64,000 nt of DNA from Psammoneis japonica (taxonomy: Eukaryota), in contig QPGO01000141.1 of NCBI GenBank assembly GCA_008632985.1, forward strand, positions 1 through 64,000, read 5' to 3'. Positions 1-11,038 of the stretch are shown one piece after another; the stretch's first letter is position 1, and each line of letters begins with the position of its first letter. The notes under the pieces are model-generated. The model saw only the letters and a list, made by a program, of their open reading frames with translations. It did no database searches and was not told the DNA's origin. A program made the translations under genes and the position numbers.

Positions 1-2411
1 ACAGCAGTTTGCAGCACAACCACCTTTTGTTGCTGTCAATGTGAGAAAAATGCCCTGCAGTTGCCTGCATCACCAGAGTGCAATGGGGAGAACCTTGCTC
101 CCAAAACAACAGTGTGCCAGCACTGATCTTTAGAGTTGAGAGCTTCCAAGAGAACTGTGCCCTCCAAGCTGCTGTGGATCCTGTTCTCTGCATTGCCAAA
201 GCCAAGGCATGTCAACCTGCGCCAATTTGCAACATGACAAATTCTTCTGCCTTGCACAGTGGCAGCATGGGGGAGAAAGACCTCAACCCACAAAGAGAGG
301 GCCGTTCATCCGAAGTGCCAGGCAGCAGCTCTCTCTTCCTCAGGCACCAAGTCTGCACCATTGGGAGGGTCATCCAACAAGTTTGCTGGAGAACAAACAC
401 CTGCAAAAAACAGAGCAAGAGGATTGATTTTGTGAGAGTTTTGGGAAAAAACATTGTTGGCAGGATCACGTTTGATTCTGTCACCTGGAGCACTGTTGTG
501 TCCAGAAGGTCAGGAAACACAGCACTGCCTGCCTTTGGCAGAAGGAGGCAATCAGCCTGCAATCACAGGAAAGAAGCAAAGGCATTTCGTTCTTGGTTCA
601 TGAAGTTTGGGGTTGAGGGGCCAACTTTTTCCCAAACTTTTGACGGACATCGGCAGCATTGTGTGCTTGTGAATTGACAAGACCTGTTCCCAAACCATCT
701 TTGCAAAGGGACACTCAGAGCAAACACCAGCATCCAGCAGTGGCTGGAAATTCATGGTGTTTGCAATCTCTTGTTTTGATGTAAAACCAAGAGAGAACAG
801 CAGCACTTGACCAACCTTGGAGTTGCTTGCCTCATTGACAAGGTCCGTCTCCAGAGTTGTCATTTCTCTGGCATGTGGGGTCTTTTTCTGTGCAAGGCGG
901 AGAGACTCTGTGGTTTTGTTGGCTTTGGTGATTTTCTTCTGACGGTCAGCTGCCCTGGCCTGAATTTCTTTAATCAGCTTTTTGTTTTGGTGTTTGTGTG
1001 GTCCATGCATTCGCCACATGAAACGCAGCCACATTTTGCACTCCTTGTTGCATTGGCTGACAAATCAGGCAAGTGAGCCACACATTTCCAGCTCACAAAC
1101 TGCCTTGCAGCCAAAAGAAGCAATCCAAACCTTCAGAACAGCCATGATGCATTTGTCTGCTGAATCAAACTCCACATCACCAAGTGGAGGCGGGGAGAAC
1201 TGTTGTCAAAAATGCACTGTGACGGATCTGAGCTCTTGAGAGCTTGCCCAGCTTTTGACACCACACAGCTCCAAGTCACCACATTTGTTGTGAAGTCAGC
1301 CTGATGCTTTGTCTGTGACTTTGCCTTGTTTTGGAATTGCCGTGGCCATTGCATTGCAGAAATGACATTCTTGACAAGAAAAAGTGTTTCTGGGATGCCT
1401 TGCGACAACGGAGACCCTGCAGAACAAAAGAGCAATGCAGAAAGAGACAACACATGCAAGTCAAATGGGTGTCAATGTGTGAAGCCTCAACAAAACACAC
1501 AGCACAAATGGCAACACACAAGGCTGGTCATGATGCAACAGAAGTGACGCTGTCAATGCAAACCTTCAGCAAGAATTTTTGCCATCAGCTGCCCATGTGA
1601 ACCTGTGCGCTCTTGAGCTTGTCACGCACCTTGTGCTGTGACGTAAGACATTCTGTTGAGAGTGCACTGCAAAGCACCTCAGAAACAACTGCATTTTTGA
1701 AATCGGTGAAACGCCATTGTCCGTGTTGTTTTGCGTGTTGCTTTGAGCCGCGAGCCAGAAAACAGCCCCAAAAGTCATCCCACAGGGCAAAATGTGCTGA
1801 ATCAACACAGATTTGGGTTGTGCCAGGCCACGTAGAAAATGAACGGGCCAAGAACTGTGGTGCGCCCACTCAATGACATTGTGATGTGTTTGAGTCTTTC
1901 AAAACATTCAACACTTCAGCAAGTGATGTAAAATGTTGTTTTTTAAAAACAAAAGTGCAGCTTAAAGTGGGGCAGCAAATGAAGTGGATGGATGGATGTG
2001 ATCAAAATTCTGGTTGAAAACAAGTGGTGATGCCCTTGCAGGACACAAAACACAAAAACAATGGCGGAGAACAAGACGACGAGAGAGACATCAGTGGGGG
2101 AGGAAGCGGGGTGGCAGAGAGGAAGGAGGAAAGGTGTGAGTCACAAGGCACGAGACAGGGGGGGGTTTCCCACTTGGAAGGTTGTTTCAATTGTCAAAAA
2201 AAAAAGAAAAATTGGCAGAAGTGACTCATTGTCAAGATTGTGCTCACAATGAGGCTGGTTTGTTTCAAGCATTAAATCCTGCTTGGCATGTTGAAATGAT
2301 TGTCAAAACACATTTGTGCAGCATTGGTTGACCCTTGTCAAGAGAACAGGATTCTTGATGAGAAAGATTGGACTCTGAACAAGAGCAAAACAATGTTTTC
2401 CAGATGACCTT

Positions 2412-2861
2412 TTGAAGCCTCCCAAAATGAAGGAAGATGCAAAGAAGGGAAACATTTCTTTTGTGACTGACTTCTTCTTGAAAAATGAATGTCGTGGTCA
2501 TCCAAAGAAGAAGAAAGCAACATTTGCAATGGATGCTGCCAGCAGTGCTGCCAGAATTGACGAGGCACTTTCTGCGCCTGGGACAACAAACAACCAGTCT
2601 GCCAAGAAGACCGCTGCAGCTAAGAACAATGAGTGCAAGAAGTGCAAGGCTTCAATGGACAGTGGCAAAAGTGATGGGTCCATTGCAGTGAAGAAACTGA
2701 GGATGAATTGGTCCAAGGAGCCTCGTCTGTCAATCATGACGGGCGCAGCGAAGAACAAGTGGCTTGGCAAGAAGGGCCGGCATTGTGACAGAAACAGAGA
2801 AGCCCACTCAATGGAAGCATTGGCCAGTTTAGTTTGCAGTGTTCAGTGTTGTCAAAAATGA
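2412..2861 (+). pseudogene. Degenerate N-terminal fragment of a possible pogo/Tigger-like DNA transposase
   Basis: KKLRMNWSKEPRLSIMTGAAKNKWLGKKG...MEALASLV resembles, from memory, the HTH_psq-like N-terminus of diatom pogo-type transposases; no DDE domain seen. Confidence 0.3.
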
Positions 2862-3584
2862 TTTTGTCCTTCTCATTCTGTTGCAATGCACCTGCACAAC
2901 TTGCCAGCTCTGAGAAGATGTTTTGGACAAAACAGAAATCCATGATTCTCAACGACACACAATGAGACCAACCCAGTGGGATGCATTGTGCAATTGCTCC
3001 CAATGTTGAAAAAAGAAACAGGGAAATTGGCGCAAGCATCATTGAGATGTCATGCCACAAAGTGGGACACCAGTGGCGTGCATCATTGTGCTGTTGCAGT
3101 TTGTTGCATGCAACTTGGAAACACACAATGAACAGCAATGAATGTTGGCAATGCAAGTCACATGAACTTGCATGTTTTGTACAAACACCATGCCACAAAA
3201 AGAACCACTTTGTTTTTGCCAACACAAAAGACACAGAAACAAGCTTTGCAGCCAACGGAAATTCAATGAAGAACAAAAGTGCTCCACACATGATGCAACG
3301 CCTCACAAAACTTTGTTGGAGCTCGCAGCTCATGAGGGGCCAATGTGCTGTGGTCCAATTTAAAATGGCTTGCATTTTCTGCAGCTCACAGCATCATTTT
3401 GACCTGCCTTGGAACACCCCCAAGCACTCATGCACTCGTCAAACCCTCATGGGGGCTGTTGGACGGCTGCAAGAGCTGCACATTTGGCACTTCAAATGCC
3501 ACTTGTCAGCCCATGCCCTGTTGTCAGGTCAAAAAACCCGCCAATTTTTGCTGAAATCGGACTTCTTGTGGGAGATCAGCCACA

Positions 3585-3964
3585 GACAGGTTCCAGCCAT
3601 GGGTGGGACATTTTGTGACATTTGGCTTGTGGAATTCTGCGTGAAAGCTCTGCAGCAAAATTGCACAGCGATTGAAACTCAAACCACTGCCAACAGAAAA
3701 AGAGGCAATTTTGCAAACGCATCTCCTCCTCCACACTTGAAGCACATTGTTGTGTCATGCCTGGGCACGTTCTTCAGACATCAAAAAATGTGCCCCGTGC
3801 ATTTTTGTTGTCACAAGCCTTTGGCTTTGCAAAACAGGCACAGTGTGGAACAATTTTTTGCAACAGAGCACGCAGAAATGTGCACGTGAAACATGCGACA
3901 GATGACAAAAAACATTTTGTCACAGGTCAGAAGTGCATGGTCCCACCCAGAGCTGGAGCGCATC
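3585..3964 (+). mobile_element. MITE copy A (~380 bp, heavily TpA/CpG-converted)
   Basis: Ends gacaggttccagccatgggtggga...tcccacccagagctggagcgcatc match the family TIR; flanks caca/cgca (4-bp TSD with one CpG transition). Confidence 0.85.
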
Positions 3965-3993
3965 CGCAACTTTCTGGGAAATGCCAACAAAGT

Positions 3994-4390
3994 GATGCGT
4001 TCCAGCTCTCGGTGGGACCTTGCACTGCTGCGCTGTGACATCAAGAGTTTTTTGGATCGCATTGCATGTCGCACTTGCAGATTTCTACGTGTGACATTCT
4101 ACAAAATTGTTTCATGCTCCCCATTTTGCAAAGCCAAAGGCTTTCCATTTTCAACATTTGTGAGAATGAAAATGCTCTGGGTGTGTTCTTCAATGTCTGG
4201 AGAACATGCCCGGGCAAACTGTTGATGATGTGCCACAAGTGTGAAGGAGGAGATGCATTCGCAAAATTGCCTCTTTTTCTGTTGGTGATTGTTTGCATTT
4301 CAATTGCTTGACAAATTTGCTGCAGAGCTTGCACGCAGAATTCTACGGGCCCAATGTCACACGGAGTCCCACCCAGGACTGGAACCCGTC
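3994..4390 (-). mobile_element. MITE copy B (converted), inverted relative to copy A
   Basis: gatgcgttccagctctcggtgggacc...gtcccacccaggactggaacccgtc; perfect TSD aagt/aagt. Confidence 0.9.
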
Positions 4391-6380
4391 AAGTGGCGTT
4401 TGACTGGCTGCAGATGAGGTGAAAGTTGTGCATGGTCATGCCTGTTGTTCAAGCATTCCAGGGTGTCTGGGGAATGGACAAAGTTTGACCCATTGCTGAC
4501 TTTTTTTTTGCGAATGCACGCGCATTCGCTGCGGTGCATCCAGGTCATTTTTGTGAAAATTGCAAGCTCCCAAAAAACAGACTGCAACACGCAGATCCAT
4601 CCTCAAATTGCACTGCACTCTAACAAGACTCGCGTTGGTGTTGCAACGTCATTGTTTTTGTGCTGTCAATGTTTTTCATTGCAACAAACAAATCATGACT
4701 CAACGGATGATTTTCGGTGAAATGGTTGCTGTCATTTGGATGTCAAATTAAACATTTTTTCTGCAGGACCTTCCAGGAGGCACTCCACTTGCAAGCAAAA
4801 ATGCGTGTCCAATGCACTTTTGTGCAACCAGTGTTGAGTTTGCTGGGGAAGTTTGTGACACATGTCCCATGAGGACTCAAATGCCAACAAAAAAATTGTT
4901 TAGATGCACATGCTCTAGACACCTGCAAAAGCCCATCTGCACAAGTGTTTTGCATTCAAGTGCTCCATGCATGAGAGATGCACAACCAACGTTCAAAATG
5001 GAGTGTCATTTTGTGCATCACCTGGGACTGGAGCACATCAAAATCAAAGCAGCGCCAAAGCAAAAGAGTGGCCAGCACAGGAGCACTGTGCAAACTTGTC
5101 ATTTGAACAATCAAAGTTGACAAACAACTGCAAATTGATCATCCCTGCCCAAAGGTTTGGGTGCTTTGCTTGGGATGGCCTGCCAAGCATCCTTGCAGAG
5201 CGATTTCTGACCATGCTGCCTCAAGCTGGGCAACACCCCCATCTTGGGGCAAACAGAGCCAAGCGCCAGCCCGGCATTGTGTCTCACCTTGAGACAGCCA
5301 TGGACACAAAGGGCAGCACCAAAGCATCCCTTTCACAGCAACAAAAGGAAAATCACAAGCTGTGGGACCTCAGTGATGAGGTCAATTTGGCCAAGCTCTG
5401 CAGCCCATTGCAAGACAGCTGCCTGCAATGTTGCTCTTCATGGCAGCGTTTGTCTGGCATGAGCTCAAGCCCAGCACATGTGTGCAACCCAGAAGCTCAC
5501 AGTCAGCCAGAGGACCTTGGCCATGAGGTTGTGTGCTGGGGGTGTGCAACTGAAGCAGACTTTGTCTTGAAGCAACAACCCAGCTCCTCAAGCTCATTTG
5601 TGGCACAGCAAAGTGGTGTGGACATGCTGTCTCCATGCACCGCTGTGTGCACATGCAGCAACAAAGCCTGCCCCTTCAGGTCCAACTTGTTCCTTGAGCT
5701 GCACATCTGGGTCACAGCCACCAGGCACATGATTGCCATCCAAGGCAGTGCACGTGGAAGGCCAGGTGGTGGTTTGCAAAGGATGCAGCTGTGCCCTCAA
5801 GGTTGTGCAGCACTTGCTTGCTGACAGCACTCTTGGCAGCACCTCACCCAAACTCATGACAAAAGCAGTGGCTGCATTTTGTTGCACAAGGCAGTGGCAC
5901 AAAGTTGTTGTGCAGAGAGTCATGCTCAGCCATTGGCTGCAGCTTCTGTTGCCAGGGCATGATTGCCAGCTGCTGGCTGGTCAAGAAAGCTTGGTGCCAT
6001 GGCATGTGACTCCCTGGCCACTGTTTGGCTGTGGCAGGTGGTGATGAGTTCATGCTCCAGGTGGGACCGCACACTGCTGCTGGGCTGTGACATGAGAGAT
6101 TTTTGGTCATGTGCCATGGTGTGTGGTGTTCACATGCATCTGCACCTTTCTTGTCATGTCTGATCTGCTGTGTTGCTCAAATCAGCAATGGTGGGCACAT
6201 GACTGGAAAGGTTCTTGGGGCAACCACAGTGCAGGTCTGTTGCTTCCATGTTGCTCTGGTCACCTTGACAGGCATCTGGAATGACTTGCTTTGCTCCAAT
6301 GTGCCGCGAGACTCAATGGCAGTGCTGTGACCCAACTGAACAAACCTGTCTTCAGAGGCTGAAGCCACAACCTGCACTGT

Positions 6381-6622
6381 CTCAAACAGCTCCAAATGGA
6401 CAAAGAAAGTCCAAAATTACAAGGAACACCTCATGAGGTGAACACGACACAGAGACACAACCAAATGAGTGTGTGGTCAACCACAACTTTGATGCCCTGG
6501 CACCCCTGATTTGTCTGCACCCATGGAGGAGAGAGCATGGGAAGTTTGTCACCACAGACACACAAGAAAATGTCAATCGCTGCAGGAAACTCTAGATCCG
6601 CATGTTGCCACAAATGACACGA
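6381..6622 (+). repeat. ~200-bp dispersed repeat, copy 1 (second copy at 10698-10892)
   Basis: ctcaaacagctccaaatggacaaagaaagtccaaaat...ctagatccgcatgttgccacaaat is shared with 10698-10892. Confidence 0.85.
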
Positions 6623-9344
6623 ACTGAGGCTGCAACTTCATGTCTGTTTCAGCTGGTGAAAACTGCCGTTTTCATCATCACCTCCTGACAATTTTGCTGC
6701 AGAGCTCATGTGCAGCAATCCACACAAAAGTGTCACACAGAGCCACACCTCTGGGGCTGTGGTGTTCTCTTGGCAATGTCATGCAATGGCAGCTCAAGCT
6801 CTTGCTGGTTTGCTGTCTTGCTGGTGCCCATCCTGTGACTGTCTCCTGCTGCTTTGTCAGCAGCAAGCAGCAAAAACAAGAAAAAACAGCAAGTCCTGAG
6901 ACCCTGCGCATTGAAAAAATGTGGAAAGCAAAGTGCTGGCAAAAGCAGCTGCAAATTGTGCTGGTTGAGAAATGGTTTTGCAGAGCCGTTGTCAGCCTCA
7001 ATCTTTGCCATCACTTGGCGCTCATCTCTGAGCTTGGTGGGAGGTGGGAGCTTGGCTTTTCTCAGGTCTGGAGCTCAGGGCTGTGAAGATGAGTGCTGTT
7101 TTGTTGCTCCACTTGTGTCATTGCATGTTTGCAAACCATCATTGCAAGAAGTGTGAGCTTCTCTCCTTTGCCCAAGACCACATGAAAAGGGGAGAGCAGG
7201 CGACAACCGCGACGTGGCATGACGTGAGCGTGACATGTCAATGACGAACCATGTGACAATGCAGCATGTGGATCACGCACAATTGGGCCAGCAGTTTGGT
7301 GGCTTTCTACGTGGCCTGCGCAAGTTGAAGTGAAACGTCATCATGCACGCCTGCCAACCACTCAAATTTTCAAAAAAACTCCGCACAAATTCGTGCTTTC
7401 TCAAACCCCTCACCCAGTGCCTCCTGGCATGACGAGAAAGTGAGGGACCTGCATCCTTTTTTAAACTGAGCTCCCAGACACCCTCCTGGATGACACACCG
7501 AAAAAGGATGCAGGAGCACAAGGAGGAAGATCTCATTTCCACGGAAAAAGAGCATGTGCTCTCGTTTCTTCACGACATTGCATGAAACTTATGATGCAGC
7601 GCATGCTTTGGTCTGACATGGTCCAGCACCTGCCCTGGCAGTCTAGCGCATTCATTTGGTCTTCAAGACGAAGTGTGGATGCGCTTGTTGGGCGATTTGG
7701 GTCTGATTCAATCTTTTGTTGCGAGGAGATCTCTTGAATGACGCCTCATTGCTTGAGCACGTGTCTGCACTCATTTGCTCCAACATGGACAGCAAAGGGG
7801 AGAGAGAGCCCAAAGATGGAAACCAGACAGCCAACATGCCGTGCCATCCATTGTTGACAAGAATGATTGCAAACACTTGTCTCGTGCAATGTTCCGTTGG
7901 ATGACTCGGGTGTGTTGCGCAACTTTGCATTTTGCCAGACATCACATGACTTCAAAACTGCATGTCGCTCACAAGCAAAAAATGGCAAGGCACTGCAAGA
8001 CAAGGATGTTGTGTCCGAAGTGTTGAAGCGACATTGGATGAAGCCATCATCAGACAGTGACCCATTCAAAAACCAGAGAGCAGCCATTGACGACAAAAAG
8101 TCTTTGGTGTGTTTGTTCTGCACTCCCATGTTGAGACTGTTCTTTGTGGAGAGAGCAACCTTTGCATCTGTGATTTCATTGCAAGAATGCATTCACCGGT
8201 GTGGCAGGGTTTGTTCACGCCTGAATCTACGTCCAACCAAGTCAATCCCTTTCTGACTCGTTTCCAATCCCTGTGTGTGTGGCAAGTTGACTGGGCATTG
8301 TGCATTGAACCCAGACAGCTCTCAATCATTCCGTCTCAATTGACAAAATTGACGTGCAATCGACAATGAGCTTGATTGACATTCTCTGCATGTTGCTGCC
8401 AATCCAGCTGATCGGCCCATGCACTGCAGGCATTGCCAATCACATCTGCACAAGTTGGATCCCATCAAAAGAAGACATTGAAAAATGTGCACCAATGGAA
8501 ACCAAAAGGGACCCCCATCTTTTCTCACAGAACCGCTGCCGTCATGTGGGTCAATGCACGGACAAGTTCAATGAACGGCGCAAATGTTTCTTTTTCAAAA
8601 GTGATGTCAAGCTGAAGCGGGTGTGGCAGCCCAAGCTGCAAGGGAAGAGGCCAGAAATTGCATCTTCGAGGGCTGCAAGACAGGGAGGCCAGTTCTTGAA
8701 GATCCCTCAGTTGCACTTTGCACTGGCCGAGGGAACATCAATTTAGCCAGTGCGCAAACAATGACAACATGTTGCATGAAAATGCAAGCCAACAATGTGC
8801 GAGGCAAGACGCGGCCCCAACGACATTGTTGGACCGTGCCATTGTTGCTCAAATTCAGTCCAGAACTCACGAATTCAAAGCACAATGAAGAGAAAGTAAC
8901 AGCAAAGGACAACAAGAGCGAGACTCTTGTGCACCCACATCGTCAACACTCAACACGGCCAAAAGAACAAAAATCAACTTGTGTTTTGCGCGTCTCATCA
9001 ATTGACACACTTGCTTCTTTCCTGATTACTGAGAAACACACTGTGAGCAATGTCAGTGTCGCTGTCTCCGACGGGCTGTTGTGTGGTTGTGTGCCCTTCG
9101 AAGCAGCTGCCGAGTGACGAACGCAAACGGAATCATTCAAAGCATGTCATTCATTGTGCTGGCTGTTGGCCCCACTGTGTTCTCCCAGCATGAGCGAGAG
9201 CACAAAGCACTGAAATGGATCAATGTTGAAAAGTGCCGCGAAAATGCGTGACTTTCTACGCACGCAGCAAACATGCCAACAATCGGGGTGCTGAACGCGC
9301 GAAATGCACGTGGATGTCGACACAAACTTCCGACATTTTTTACC

Positions 9345-10367
9345 ATGTCGGCGGCGTCCTCGTCGGTGGGTTCGACATCTTTGTTGAGGTTCTTGTCGGA
9401 CGATGGTGTGAGAACACTGTTGGCGGGATGCATGACCACAAGCGGCGTCTTGTGTGGCTTGGGCCTGGAACACGCCATTGGACGCTGCGGCTTGGTGAAA
9501 AAGGCATCAGACGCCTTTGTGCTGGTGCATTGCCTCTTCACACTCTTGGCATGGCCGCTGCTTCTTCTGATTGGACTGTTGTCTTTCAGTGTTTTTGGGT
9601 TCCCTTTTGCCGTGACAGGTTTGTTCAACGGCGGCATTCCATTTCTGTTGTGCGACTGGGCTCTGTTTAAAGACTCCGGCCGTTCAAGAACAGCACGACT
9701 GTTGAATGCTGGGAAATTGTTTGGAAGTGCACTGCATCACTCAGCATTCTTGCTTGTTTGCAGTTTGATTGCCGTGCACCAAGTGGATCCCAATCGCCAC
9801 CTCCTGTCTGCTGGTGTTCCACTGCCACTCATGCACGTTTCGGCACTGCTGGAGGAGGTGTGGCCAGTGGCATGTCATTCCTTGGTGATCCTTTCCGAAG
9901 TTTGGTTTCAGTGTGAAGCCTTTGCCGCCCTGCCCACCCAACCTAGCGAAATGCAGGTGGCCTTTTACATGATGATTGTCGCACACTTGGTGTTCTTGTC
10001 GAGTGTGGGTGCCTTGATGCTTGTAAGCAAGTTGGTGAGTGCAGAATGTAGATTCGCGCGATTGTGTCTCTGAATCATTCCATGAACAAGAGTATATCTA
10101 AAACGTGCGTTTACTTTCACCCACCAGGACCCTGATGCCACAATTGTGCAACATGGTGGATCCAAGCATTGCGTTCTCAGAGTCAAGCACTGTCTACGAG
10201 CAAGAGAGAGTGCGGAAGATTCACACTCTCTTGACAAGAACAAAAACGACACAGATATAGACAACAACGCGTTGACCAACTCGGCATGCTCATACTCGAA
10301 AAACAACACTCCTATCTTCGACCAAGAAGCAAACATGCCTGCCGTCGTGGTCCATGACACGCATTGA
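9345..10367 (+). CDS. Multi-pass membrane protein of unknown function, 2 exons (intron 10035-10127); frame open but apparently recoded by TpA conversion
   Basis: Hydrophobic ORF 9345-10034; GTGAGT donor and CACCAG acceptor join it in frame to the 10146-10367 ORF; exon 1 has only one Tyr, near its 3' end. Confidence 0.6.
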
Positions 10368-10655
10368 TTCATTCACGATAAATTACCTCGTACGACTTCC
10401 ATGAAGTAGACGTGCTAGAGCCCCCTTACGTGTATCCTCCATCGAGCGACCAAACCTTACGCTCGCCGAGATCCCATCAATTAAGGTAGATTTTGAACAC
10501 ACCATTGTAAAAACCACCCGTTGCATACTTGCCTGATGTGCCAGTAAATTGTGCATAATTTCTCCTTTTCTTTAGATAAGTGAGTTAAGTAAGTATTGCA
10601 AATGAAACATTGCTTGCGACAATGATCTTCGTGAGCTACGAGAGAATGGAATGGG

Positions 10656-10660
10656 TCTGA

Positions 10661-10694
<34 letters not shown>
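10656..10694. repeat. (GA)n microsatellite
   Basis: Visible GA run. Confidence 0.9.
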
Positions 10695-10697
<3 letters not shown>

Positions 10698-10892
10698 CTC
10701 AAACAGCTCCAAAATGGACAAAGAAAGTCCAAAATCACAAGCAAAACCTCATTAGGTGAACGCAATACACAGACACGACAAAAAAAGTGTGTGGTGGAGG
10801 AGAATAGCAGGGGCGAGTTTGTCACCACGGACACAAAACAACATATATGCCACTGTAGGAAACTAGATCCGCATGTTGCCACAAATAAACGA
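10698..10892 (+). repeat. ~200-bp dispersed repeat, copy 2 (retains more TpA)
   Basis: Aligns with 6381-6622, e.g. cactgtagga vs cgctgcagga. Confidence 0.85.
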
Positions 10893-11038
10893 TTGTCAGT
10901 TTCACACACGACGAATTGAACGGACTCATTTGAATGGCACACAGTGTTATGAGGTCATTTGGGTCTACACTGTATACATTGCATTTAACCCGGCAGAACA
11001 CACAAAACTAGATTGTCATGCAACTTGCAATTTAGAAG

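Larger units (their letters stand above)
1..10000. other. TpA-depleted hypermutated domain 1 (edges approximate)
   Basis: Only about 30 TA dinucleotides seen by eye in the first 9 kb; TG/CA strongly enriched; ORFs in all six frames are almost Tyr-free and Cys/His-rich. Confidence 0.9.

Noticed and set aside
552..1034. Possible MULE transposase fragment
   Set aside because: No convincing catalytic motif after allowing for conversion.
1..9100. Dense overlapping ORFs in all six frames (also in the other converted domains)
   Set aside because: Explained by loss of TAA/TAG and gain of ATG/GTG/TTG; Tyr-free and Cys/His-rich; not real genes.
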